NCBI GenBank assembly: GCA_009776905.1
Contig: WRMX01000001.1
Location: 1-53,670 of the forward strand
Direction of reading: 5' to 3'
Length of the DNA stretch: 53,670 bases
Source: Oscillospiraceae bacterium
Lineage (GTDB): Bacteria; Bacillota; Clostridia; Oscillospirales; Oscillospiraceae
In this document: positions 44,130-52,947 of the stretch, in pieces
How positions within the stretch are numbered: position 1 is the first letter of the stretch
Layout: every line of letters begins with the position of its first letter
Program-made: the position numbers and the translations under genes
Notes under the pieces: model-generated
What the model saw: only the letters and a program-made list of their open reading frames with translations
Database searches by the model: none
Told to the model about the DNA's origin: nothing

Positions 44130-47117
44130 TTAATCTCCTTCGTCAGGGACTATGTCTGTTTGTGTGTCTTCTGCCTCGTCAGCGATGGGAGCTGCGGCTG
44201 CGTCTTCTGCTGCTGCATCGTCATCGGCGGTGTCTGCTTCTTCTGCCTCGTCTGCGACGGGGGCTTCGGCGGTTGTGTCTTCGACCGCGTCTGCGGCCTC
44301 GTCATCGGCGGTTGCTGCTGCGGCTGCGTCTTCGGCTGCGTCTGTGGCCTCTTCATCGGCGGTTGCTGCGTCTTCTGCTACGGCGGCATCGACATCGTCA
44401 TCGGCATCAGCGGCATCGTCATCGGCCGCGACTGCCTCGTCAACGACGTCAACAGCGGAATCATCCGCATCCGGCCCGCCATCGGACGGCGAATCGTCGT
44501 CGTCGTCGAACGCCGGCGGCGCGTCGGTATCATAAACCACGACAGGCGTTTTATCGACTGCGGCAGCTTCCTCAACATCGCGGTCGCTCAAGCGCTGCGA
44601 CGACGGATCGATCAGCGCCCTGATGCTCAGGCTAACCTTCTTGCGGTCATTGTCGATCTCCGTGATCTTGACGTCGACCAATTGCCCGTCAGAGAGAATC
44701 TCCGAAGGCAGCCCGATCCTGTGGTCCGTGATCTGCGAGATGTGGATAAGGCCATCGACTCCCGGGCATATTTCCGCAAAAGCGCCAAACGGCATCATCT
44801 TGACGATCTTGACGTTGACGATGTTGCCGACAGAGTATTGCGACGTGAACCTCGCCCAAGGGTTGTCCTCGCTTTTTTTGTATCCGAGCGAAATCTTCCT
44901 GGTTTCTCTGTCAAACGAGAGGACGTATACCGAAACCTCGTCGCCGACGGACATGACCTCGGACGGCTGCTTGATGCGCGTCCAGCTCAGCTCGGAAATG
45001 TGGATCATGCCGTCGATGCCGCCTATGTCGACGAAAACGCCGTATGACGTCATGGATTTGACGACGCCGTCATACTGCTTGCCCTTCTCGATTTCCTCCC
45101 AAAGGCGATCCGACTTTTCGCGGCGCTCCTCTGCCTGCACGGCGCGTATGGAGCCGACGACGCGCCTTCTGGATTGGTTGACCTCCGTAATGCGCAGCTT
45201 GACGGTTTTTTTGACGAGGTCGGTCATTGGGGCCGATTTCGGCAGGCCCGTCTGCGATGCGGGCACAAACACGCGGACGCCCTTGACGTTGACGACGATG
45301 CCGCCCTTGTTTTCTTCCGTGACGTGCCCTTCGACAATGGCGCGGCTATCCTTGGCCGCTTCTATGTCGTCCCAGTTCTTGATGGCATCGAGCCGCTTTT
45401 TCGACAGCGTGACCATGCCCTCGACGTCATTGACGCGAAGCACGAACGACTCGATGGAATCGCCGACTTTGATGATGTCGTCGATGTTCGCGTTTGCATC
45501 GTCGGTGAACTCGCTGATGGGTATGTAGCCCGACTGCTTTGTCCCGAGGTCGACGGACACTTCCGTGGCCGTGATCGACGTGACGATGCCTGCGACTTTT
45601 TGTCCTGTATGTAATGTCTTGATAGACCTTTCGAGCATTTCTTCGAATGACTCGTCCCTTGGTTCCGATGGCGGCTCGTCAGTGGCATCGGCGGGCGGCG
45701 TTTCAATGGGAGCGTCCGTTTGCGAGGCCGCTTCCGCAGCAGGCTCATCGGCGGCGGCTTCTCCAACCGTGATGGCTTCCAAGGGTGGCTCTGCGGCTGC
45801 GACAGGCGCTGCCTCCGTAGTTTCCTCCGCAGCAGGCGCTTCCGCAGTTTCATCCGCGACCGATGTTGCCTCCGCAGCAGGTGCCTCCGCAGCAGGTGCC
45901 TCCGCAGCAGGCGCTTCCTCCTCGGCCGGCTCATCAACAAGCGCAGCCACGGCCGGCTCAGCTACCGGCGCTGCTTCCGCATCCGCGCCATCGCCCTCCG
46001 CAACGGCTGCTTCCGCGACCGGCGGCTCGTCAGCGGCCTCCACCGCAGCATCCAAATCCGGCGCAACACCCGCTTCCTGCGCAGCATCATCTTCCACCGC
46101 AACAATTTCCTCCGCATATGCCGCCAATGGCGCGTCCGTAGCGACGGCATCAGGCTCCGGCACAGCGACGGCATCGACGGCCTCCGCTTCCGCAGCAACA
46201 ATTCCATCGGCAACGGCCGGCTCCACAAAGCCATCCAAGGCCTGCGCGTCGGTGGTGGTTTCGTCTAACAATTCTTCTCCGCTCATCTTATGGTTGACCT
46301 CCTTAATTATCCACGCCGGTGTGGAAGCGCCCGCTGTGATGCCGACGGTATCCACATCGCGGAAATCTGCAAGGCAAAGATCGTTCGCAGTTTCGACAAA
46401 AAAGACCCTGCGGCAGTATCTTGTGCAAATGTCCGCTAATTTTAGGCTGTTCGCGCTGTTTTTATCGCCGATGACTATCATTGCATCGACGGTTTGCGAC
46501 AGCTTTTCAGCCTCCAATTGGCGTTCGCGCGTAGCGTTACATATTGTATCAAAAATTTTGAAGTTTGTACACTCTTTTTTTATGATTTCAACGATTGTGT
46601 CGAAAATGGCTCTCGTATGCGTCGTTTGGAACACAAATGACAGCGGCAAACCGGCGTTGCCATCAGTCCCGAGCCATTCCAGCAGTTCGTCGGCGGTCTC
46701 AAATATTGCATATTCCTGACACCAGCTGGCGATTGCCGATACCTCCGGATGGCTGCGTTCGCCAATGATCATCACCCGCCTGCCGCCGGAGGATTCCTCG
46801 CGCGCGATCTTATGGATCCTGCCAACGTCGGGGCATGTCGCGTCTATGATGTTTCCGCATCGCGACTCGAGCGCCTCGCGCTCGCTCCTGCAGGCGCCGT
46901 GCGACCTAATGATGACGGTGTGTCCGGGCGTGGCCTCCGCAGCGTCGGTGATAATGCCGACGCCTTTCGCGTCAAGGTCTTTGATCACGCTGTCGTTGTG
47001 GATGATCGGCCCGAAGGTGACGCAGTTGCTGCACTCCGACGCTGCTTTTTCGCATATCGAAACGGCCCTGCGGACTCCAAAGCAGAATCCCGCCGTTTTC
47101 GCGTTAATGATTTTCAT
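44130..47117 (-). CDS. ispH: Bifunctional 4-hydroxy-3-methylbut-2-enyl diphosphate reductase (IspH/LytB) fused to ribosomal protein S1, with long acidic Ala/Glu/Asp linker and tail
   Basis: The N-terminal ~280 aa carry IspH motifs (GFCFGVRRAV, GPIIHN, DATCP, NSANS, ITAGASTP). After a ~200-aa A/E/P-rich linker come four S1 domains (GQKVAGIVTSI.., VEGHVTEENKGGIVVNV, YDGVVKSMTSYGVFVDIGG, VNVKIVKMMPFGAFAEI). A ~140-aa D/A-rich tail follows. Confidence 0.9.
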   Translation of the reverse strand: MKIINAKTAGFCFGVRRAVSICEKAASECSNCVTFGPIIHNDSVIKDLDAKGVGIITDAAEATPGHTVIIRSHGACRSEREALESRCGNIIDATCPDVGRIHKIAREESSGGRRVMIIGERSHPEVSAIASWCQEYAIFETADELLEWLGTDGNAGLPLSFVFQTTHTRAIFDTIVEIIKKECTNFKIFDTICNATRERQLEAEKLSQTVDAMIVIGDKNSANSLKLADICTRYCRRVFFVETANDLCLADFRDVDTVGITAGASTPAWIIKEVNHKMSGEELLDETTTDAQALDGFVEPAVADGIVAAEAEAVDAVAVPEPDAVATDAPLAAYAEEIVAVEDDAAQEAGVAPDLDAAVEAADEPPVAEAAVAEGDGADAEAAPVAEPAVAALVDEPAEEEAPAAEAPAAEAPAAEATSVADETAEAPAAEETTEAAPVAAAEPPLEAITVGEAAADEPAAEAASQTDAPIETPPADATDEPPSEPRDESFEEMLERSIKTLHTGQKVAGIVTSITATEVSVDLGTKQSGYIPISEFTDDANANIDDIIKVGDSIESFVLRVNDVEGMVTLSKKRLDAIKNWDDIEAAKDSRAIVEGHVTEENKGGIVVNVKGVRVFVPASQTGLPKSAPMTDLVKKTVKLRITEVNQSRRRVVGSIRAVQAEERREKSDRLWEEIEKGKQYDGVVKSMTSYGVFVDIGGIDGMIHISELSWTRIKQPSEVMSVGDEVSVYVLSFDRETRKISLGYKKSEDNPWARFTSQYSVGNIVNVKIVKMMPFGAFAEICPGVDGLIHISQITDHRIGLPSEILSDGQLVDVKITEIDNDRKKVSLSIRALIDPSSQRLSDRDVEEAAAVDKTPVVVYDTDAPPAFDDDDDSPSDGGPDADDSAVDVVDEAVAADDDAADADDDVDAAVAEDAATADEEATDAAEDAAAAATADDEAADAVEDTTAEAPVADEAEEADTADDDAAAEDAAAAPIADEAEDTQTDIVPDEGD

Positions 47118-47153
47118 TCAAATCAGTTCTCCGTTTGAATTATCGAGGACACA

Positions 47154-47759
47154 TTATGCGTTGACTTCGGGGTTCAGCGACTTGATCTTTTCCATCAGCG
47201 CCTCGGACAACTCCGCATAATCGTCCGCCGTTCGCTTGACCTGGAGCTTTTCGACAGAATACGGCTCGCCGATGACTACCGTCACCTTGCGGAACAGCCG
47301 CTTTTTTCTCGGTATGTAAAACGGCACGAGCAGCGCGCCGGCGCGCTCGGCAAGCTTGACTGCCCCCGCCTTCGCCTCGACTGCGTCGTCCGCGGACACG
47401 CGCGTCCCTTCCGGAAATATGACGACCATCTCGCCCTTGCGAAGATATTGAAGCGAGCTCTTGACGGAATCGATGTCCAGCTTGCCCCTGTTCACGCAGA
47501 TCATGCCGAGCTTTTGCAATATCTGCGAAATTACCGGTATCCTGAACAGCTCGATTTTTGCAATAACGTGCAATTGATTTGATATGCCGAAAGCGAACGC
47601 CGCCAGAAACGGGTCGGACATATGAGAGTGGTTGGCGCATACGACGGCGGCGCCGGACGGTATGTTGTCCGCGCCGTCCACGCGCAGCCGGTATAAAATG
47701 CCAAACCATGCCCGCGCGACCCTGTAGCAGCCTCTGTAGAATTTATAGCTGGGCTTCAT
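47154..47759 (-). CDS. plsC: 1-acyl-sn-glycerol-3-phosphate acyltransferase
   Basis: NHSHMSD (HX4D) and VVIFPEGTR motifs. ATGA overlap with the cmk stop. Confidence 0.88.
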   Translation of the reverse strand: MKPSYKFYRGCYRVARAWFGILYRLRVDGADNIPSGAAVVCANHSHMSDPFLAAFAFGISNQLHVIAKIELFRIPVISQILQKLGMICVNRGKLDIDSVKSSLQYLRKGEMVVIFPEGTRVSADDAVEAKAGAVKLAERAGALLVPFYIPRKKRLFRKVTVVIGEPYSVEKLQVKRTADDYAELSEALMEKIKSLNPEVNA

Positions 47760-48433
47760 TTGCCGAACCTCTTATATACCAGGCCGCAGAAAGCATCGAA
47801 GCTCTCATCGGCATCGAGATACGTCGTGTCGAGAATGATCGAGTCTTCCGCAGGCTTCAATGGTGCGACCTCGCGCTCGCTGTCATTTTTGTCGCGGATG
47901 CGCATATCGTCGCGGACCTTGTCAAGCGAGATGCCGGGGTCTTTTTCCAGCAGTTCGAGATGCCGCCTTTTTGCGCGGACGTCGAGCTCCGCTGTCAGGA
48001 ACACCTTCAACCCTGCATTCGGCAGCACGACCGTCCCGATGTCGCGCCCGTCCATGATGACGTCATATTTCTCCGCCATCAGACGCTGCATCGACAAAAG
48101 GAAATCACGCACCGATGGTATGGCGGACACGTCTGATGCATAGGACGATGCTTCGGGCGAACGGATATCGCCCGTCACGTCGTCGGAGTTCATTAGCATC
48201 CTTTGGACTCCTTCATCGTCGTATTTCATTTCGAGGTTGATATCCGGGAGTAGCGACGCAATGCCGTCCGCATCCCTCGGGGATACGCCTTTTCTGAGCG
48301 CATATAGGCCGATGCATCGGTACAACGCGCCCGTGTCAACGTATATCATGCCGAGGTGCTTCGCCGCCCTCCTGGCCAGCGTGCTCTTCCCCGCTCCTGC
48401 GGGACCGTCCAATGAAATGCTCCTTGTTTCCAT
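47756..48433 (-). CDS. cmk: Cytidylate kinase
   Basis: ISLDGPAGAGKST P-loop, YVDTGALYR, MDGRDIGTVVLP. I prefer the ATG at 48433 (METRSISLDGP). Confidence 0.93.
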   Translation of the reverse strand: METRSISLDGPAGAGKSTLARRAAKHLGMIYVDTGALYRCIGLYALRKGVSPRDADGIASLLPDINLEMKYDDEGVQRMLMNSDDVTGDIRSPEASSYASDVSAIPSVRDFLLSMQRLMAEKYDVIMDGRDIGTVVLPNAGLKVFLTAELDVRAKRRHLELLEKDPGISLDKVRDDMRIRDKNDSEREVAPLKPAEDSIILDTTYLDADESFDAFCGLVYKRFGK

Positions 48434-48497
48434 AAACCAGCCTCTTCTTTTGTTATTGTCGCTGTAATTCACCGTGTTGGCGGCGTTGCGCGGGCTC

Positions 48498-49967
48498 TCA
48501 CCGTAGCGGCTGCGTTCTGCCACCAATCACCGCAGCGGCTGCAGCGTTCGCGGCCGCAAAAGCCGTGGACCATGCGATCTGCAGATTGAACCCGCCCGTA
48601 TACGCATCCGCGTCGATTATCTCGCCGGCAAAGAATAACCCTCCGACAAGCTTCGATTCCATGGTCTTTGGATTGATCTCGCGCAAATCGACCCCGCCTG
48701 ATGTGATGATCGCTTCCTCAACGGGCCTCGGTCCGATGACATCAATGCGAAACGATTTAAGCAATTCAACGAGCCGGAGCCGCTGTTCGCGGATAATCGA
48801 ATGGACCTTCGTATGTGGAGGTATGCCCGATTTCCGCACGACCACGGGAATGCAGCTCTTGCTGAGCAAGTCGTCGAGCGAATTGGCGAAATCGCGGTTT
48901 GAATACTTTTCAAAGTCGCGCAAAATGCGTAAATCCAACTTTTTTTCATCAAGCCCGGGTTTAAAGTCTATAATAACATGATATTTCGTTTTGTCAAAGT
49001 CCCTCATATGGGCGCTCGCCGACAATGTGAGCGGGCCAGACAAGCCAAAATGCGTGAATAGCACCTCTCCGATATCTTCAAATATCGGTGTAGGCCCGGC
49101 GCCGTATGCCGAAAGCTTCACATTTTTCAGCGTCAGCCCCTGCATGGCACCGCAAATGTCCGACTCCGCATCGAGCGGCACGAGCGAGCCTCGAAGCGGC
49201 GTGACTTTGTGGCCAAGCGCAGCGGCCATCTCATAGCCGTCGCCCGTTGAACCGGTCGCCGGGTACGACAGCCCGCCCGTTGCCAGGATCACAGCGCCGC
49301 ACCGGGCTTCCCCGCCGTCGTATGTGACGCCCGTCACGCGCGGCAGGATATGCTCCTGCTCGCGCTCCGGCGTATGTCCCGGTGTATTCTCCTGCGCACG
49401 CTCCGGCGTGTTTCCCGGTTTGCGCTCAAGCGTATGTTTCGGCATATTCTCTGGCAAACGCCCTCGCATAAGCTCCAGACCGCGCTCCGGCGCATTTCCC
49501 GGCATAAGCTCCAGACCGCGCTCCGGCTTGTTCCCTACAAAACGCCCCGCCTCTGTTTGGAGCGCAACAGCCCTGCCCCTCGCGCGCTCCACCCCTGCTT
49601 TGTCCATATATGCGCCCAGCGCGGCCACGATGTCGGACGCTTTGTCCGACTGCGGAAAAACCCTGCCTCCGCGCTCCGTTTTTAAGGGGACTCCGAGCTT
49701 CTCGAATAGCTGCATCGTATCGCCCGGGCCGTGTAGCGCGAACGCGCTGTGCAGGAACTTCCCGCCGTTTGGGATGTTTTCGATGGCCTCCGTGATGGAG
49801 CAGTTGTTCGTGAGGTTGCAGCGCCCTTTCCCTGTGATGCGAAGCTTTTTCCCCGGCCCCGCATTGCGCTCTAGCAAAAGCACCCGCGCGCCATTTTCGG
49901 CGGCGGTGGCGGATGCGAGCATGCCTGCGGCTCCCCCGCCGACGACGATTATGTCATAAACCTGCAT
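48498..49967 (-). CDS. HI0933/BaiN-like NAD(P)/FAD-dependent flavoprotein with repeat insertion
   Basis: YDIIVVGGGAAGMLAS dinucleotide-binding motif, GKKLRITGKGRCNLTN, and C-terminal GLFFAGEIIDADAYTGGFNLQIAWSTA. The central insertion carries PERGLELM repeats. Confidence 0.88.
   Translation of the reverse strand: MQVYDIIVVGGGAAGMLASATAAENGARVLLLERNAGPGKKLRITGKGRCNLTNNCSITEAIENIPNGGKFLHSAFALHGPGDTMQLFEKLGVPLKTERGGRVFPQSDKASDIVAALGAYMDKAGVERARGRAVALQTEAGRFVGNKPERGLELMPGNAPERGLELMRGRLPENMPKHTLERKPGNTPERAQENTPGHTPEREQEHILPRVTGVTYDGGEARCGAVILATGGLSYPATGSTGDGYEMAAALGHKVTPLRGSLVPLDAESDICGAMQGLTLKNVKLSAYGAGPTPIFEDIGEVLFTHFGLSGPLTLSASAHMRDFDKTKYHVIIDFKPGLDEKKLDLRILRDFEKYSNRDFANSLDDLLSKSCIPVVVRKSGIPPHTKVHSIIREQRLRLVELLKSFRIDVIGPRPVEEAIITSGGVDLREINPKTMESKLVGGLFFAGEIIDADAYTGGFNLQIAWSTAFAAANAAAAAVIGGRTQPLR
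49345..49540. repeat. In-frame ~36-bp tandem repeat (two near-perfect units plus degenerate copies) inside the flavoprotein gene
   Basis: GCATAAGCTCCAGACCGCGCTCCGGC occurs at 49467 and 49503, a 36-nt period. Related GCTCCGGCGT.T.TCCCGG units lie upstream from about 49345. Confidence 0.85.
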
Positions 49968-49990
49968 ACATCACTTCCAAATCTCGCGCC

Positions 49991-50929
49991 TTAATAAACC
50001 CCATATTCGTCCCATATCGTCTCGAGGCGCTCAAAGTTTGCGTATAAATCCCCCGGAGCCTTCTCGCTCACGGCAACGACCAAAGCATTGACGATGCTCA
50101 AAGGCGCGACAAGCGTGTCGAGAAACGACACCATGTCGCTCTTCGCGCACAATGGGATGTCGCCCGGCTCTACAAGCGGCGACATGCGGCTGTCTGTGAT
50201 TGCGACGATTCCCGCGCCTACCTCCCGGGCATATTGCATCGCCCTGATAGTACGTCGCGAATAACGCGGGAAGCTGATGGCAATTAATACGTCGTCGCTT
50301 GAAATGCGCACTATTTGCTCGAAAATTTCGCCTGCCGGGCTCTCGCTGACCACGCGCGAATTGCTGAAAAGCAGGTTGAAATAGAACCCCATGAAGCTGG
50401 CGAGGAACGATGCCGAGCGCAGCCCGAGTATATATATGTTTTTCGCGCCTACGATCGCATCGACGGCGCGGTTGAAATCGTCCCTGTCCGTTTCTTCCAT
50501 CGTAAGCCTGATATTCTCAATGTCCGTCGAGAGCACGTATGACAATATGTCGCGGTCTTCTATCAGGTCTTTCGACACTTTGATACGCTGGACGGATGTG
50601 AGGCGGCTGCGAGTCATGTCCTGCAACGCGCGGCGCATTTCGGGATATCCGCTGTATCCCAGGTCCGCCGCGAAGCGCACGACAGTCGATTCGCTGACGT
50701 CGGCAAGCCTCGCCAGCTTGCTCGCGGTCATAAAGGCCGCTTTGTCATAATTATCCGTAATGTATCCTGCAATTTTCCTTTGCCCTTTTGAGAGCTTTTT
50801 ATACGAGGACTCAATTATGGATAAAACGTCACTGTCCAATAAATATCCCACCACCTTCGTTGCCGATGAATCTGTATGCGGCCTGCGCCGGATAGTAGTT
50901 TCTGTGAAAACGCAGCGGTCCTCAAACAT
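49991..50929 (-). CDS. MurR/RpiR family transcriptional regulator (HTH_6 + SIS domain)
   Basis: LSKGQRKIAGYITDNYDKAAFMTASKLARLADVSESTVVRFAADLGYSGYPEM is the RpiR HTH. The C-terminal SIS domain shows IYILGLRSASFLA. Start uncertain: ATG 50929, or a TTG at 50839 preceded by GGTGGGA. Confidence 0.82.
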   Translation of the reverse strand: MFEDRCVFTETTIRRRPHTDSSATKVVGYLLDSDVLSIIESSYKKLSKGQRKIAGYITDNYDKAAFMTASKLARLADVSESTVVRFAADLGYSGYPEMRRALQDMTRSRLTSVQRIKVSKDLIEDRDILSYVLSTDIENIRLTMEETDRDDFNRAVDAIVGAKNIYILGLRSASFLASFMGFYFNLLFSNSRVVSESPAGEIFEQIVRISSDDVLIAISFPRYSRRTIRAMQYAREVGAGIVAITDSRMSPLVEPGDIPLCAKSDMVSFLDTLVAPLSIVNALVVAVSEKAPGDLYANFERLETIWDEYGVY

Positions 50930-51046
50930 AGAATCCCTGTCCAGCCGGCCGTTAAGGCACCCGACCGAATTTATGCTTGACTTTTGCATCACTGTTCTGT
51001 ACGCTTACGAGATAGTACCAAAGTAATTAGAGAGCTTGAACCAATA

Positions 51047-51562
51047 ATGATAACACTAAAGATGATGGTTAGAATTAACATAGCATTTGTTCTGCTGTGT
51101 ACATGCATACTAAATCCTATTATAACAAATCCCAATTATATGTTTCGTGATCTGTGCAAGCAGCTCGCAGAGATAGAGCATGGCGAATATATTGATAGCA
51201 TATCAGTAACGAAAACCACAATAAGAGGTTTTAATACTTACAGATTCCATGTGTATTTGTGCGATATAGTAAGCATAAGTGAAATGGACATGATAGGTCT
51301 GGAAATAATCAATAGTGTGGATGCGTGTATTCATTATGCTACTGTCGTCCACGGAAACCCAAGGAAGCACTGGTGGAGAAATATTTATGTGAGTTTGGCA
51401 TATTCAAAAGATAGAACATCATTTGGTGATTACGGTGGAATCGGTGGGGAGCGCATAGCTACAAAATACTACGAGAATGAGCCGCCGGCTAATTACTGGG
51501 ATTTTATGTTCTCATATGGACCTGAGCGGCTCATTACACCGTATAACCATCCATACCCATGA
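51047..51562 (+). CDS. Orphan hypothetical protein in an AT-rich patch (possible N-terminal TM/signal segment)
   Basis: The only long ORF in a visibly AT-rich ~600-bp patch. INIAFVLLCTCIL is a hydrophobic segment. No recognisable motifs and weak RBS candidates. Confidence 0.4.
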   Translation: MITLKMMVRINIAFVLLCTCILNPIITNPNYMFRDLCKQLAEIEHGEYIDSISVTKTTIRGFNTYRFHVYLCDIVSISEMDMIGLEIINSVDACIHYATVVHGNPRKHWWRNIYVSLAYSKDRTSFGDYGGIGGERIATKYYENEPPANYWDFMFSYGPERLITPYNHPYP

Positions 51563-51607
51563 TTCCAATCACTACTCTCATCATCCATTGCTAACCCTCA
51601 TCCCGGT

Positions 51608-52504
51608 CTAAGTAACCGTACGCACTTCCTCGGGCGTTAAATAGCGCCAGTGCCCGGGCTCCAGCTCGCCAAGTGGTAGCCCGCCGATGGAAATGCGCTT
51701 CAATGACCTCACGCGTAAACCGCAAAGGGCGCACATTTTCCGAACTTGCCGGTTGCGCCCCTCATAAATCGCAATATGGAACGTGCCTCCCGCTCTGTGG
51801 CCGTCAATGAAGCTCACCGATGCCGCCCTGACAGTATGCCCGTCAATGTCCATGCTTTCGCCCAATAATCGCCCTGCATTGCCGACATCACCATCGACGA
51901 CAACCTCATAAACCTTAATTTTGTTATACGACGGATGCGCCACTTTGTTGGCAAACGCTCCGTCGTTTGTCATCAGGAGGAGGCCTTCGGAATTCATGTC
52001 CAGCCTGCCGACGGGGAAGAGGCGTACGCCGACGTTGGCAACGAGGTCGGCGACAGTCTTCCTTCCCTTGTCATCGCTCATCGTCGTGATGTAGCCCCGA
52101 GGCTTGTTCAGCATGATATACACATGGGGCTCTTTGCTAGCAAGTAGGACCCCGTCAACGGCGATTTCATCGATGCCAATTCGGGCGCTCTGTCCCAGTG
52201 CGGCGACTTCCCCGCCGACCGTGACTCGCCCGTTGCGGATCATCTGCTCCGCTTCACGGCGCGATGCAACTCCATGAGCCGACAATATCTTCTGAAGCCG
52301 CTGGGGCGCTTCGAGCGGTCCTGCGGCTCCTTCCGGGGCATCCACCGTCGTCGCTTCGACCTCCCGGCGCCTCTCCGTCACATTGTTGGCAACACCAACC
52401 CGAGCCGTATCTAGCGCCTCCGGCGCATTGCCTTCCGCAGCCTCCGGCGCGCCCGCAGCGCCGCTGATAGGCTCTACGCTTGTTGCCATATCAAGTCCAT
52501 CCAT
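51608..52504 (-). CDS. rluB: Pseudouridine synthase RluB family with S4 domain and low-complexity N-terminal extension
   Basis: LQKILSAHGVASRREAEQMIRNGRVTVGG (S4 domain), YIMLNKPRGYITT, and VGRLDMNSEGLLLMTNDG (catalytic Asp motif). Confidence 0.9.
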   Translation of the reverse strand: MDGLDMATSVEPISGAAGAPEAAEGNAPEALDTARVGVANNVTERRREVEATTVDAPEGAAGPLEAPQRLQKILSAHGVASRREAEQMIRNGRVTVGGEVAALGQSARIGIDEIAVDGVLLASKEPHVYIMLNKPRGYITTMSDDKGRKTVADLVANVGVRLFPVGRLDMNSEGLLLMTNDGAFANKVAHPSYNKIKVYEVVVDGDVGNAGRLLGESMDIDGHTVRAASVSFIDGHRAGGTFHIAIYEGRNRQVRKMCALCGLRVRSLKRISIGGLPLGELEPGHWRYLTPEEVRTVT

Positions 52505-52516
52505 ACCCGACCGCAG

Positions 52517-52915
52517 CTAAATCTCATCCTCGTCATCGTCGCCCTTGTTCTTGTTGATCATCCCAGTGACCTTGTCAAAGACTTCGGGCACGGTCTCGAT
52601 CAACCGATCGAGCGTCGTGGCCGCAGGCGGAGAGACATGCAGCAGCTTGATCGCGCTGTCCTTGACGACGATGAAAGCGACGGGGGTCACGTTGACACCT
52701 GCTCCGATGCCGCCTCCGAAAGCGTCCTTGGGCTCCTGCTTTTTGGAGAAATCGGAGCCGCCCCCCGCAAAGCCGAAGCTCAGTTTCGACACCGGGATCA
52801 GCGTCGTGCCGTCGGCGGTCGTAATCGGCTCTCCTACGATCGTGTTCGCGTCGATCATTTCCCTGACTTTCTGCATCGTGGTCTCCATCAATTCGCTGAT
52901 TGGTCTTTTTTCCAT
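52517..52915 (-). CDS. ytfJ: Sporulation protein YtfJ (GerW family)
   Basis: IVGEPITTADGTTLIPVSKLSFGFAGGGSDF......GGGIGAGVNVTPVAFIVV matches the YtfJ family. Confidence 0.9.
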   Translation of the reverse strand: MEKRPISELMETTMQKVREMIDANTIVGEPITTADGTTLIPVSKLSFGFAGGGSDFSKKQEPKDAFGGGIGAGVNVTPVAFIVVKDSAIKLLHVSPPAATTLDRLIETVPEVFDKVTGMINKNKGDDDEDEI

Positions 52916-52947
52916 TTTAAATACACCCTTTCATCAGTTGCTACTAA

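Noticed and set aside
43698-46719. Long plus-strand ORFs (449 aa, 384 aa and others) opposite ispH-S1
   Set aside because: These are antisense products of the acidic Ala/Asp/Glu low-complexity coding repeats, giving poly-Ser/Ala/Cys/Gly peptides with no start context or motifs.
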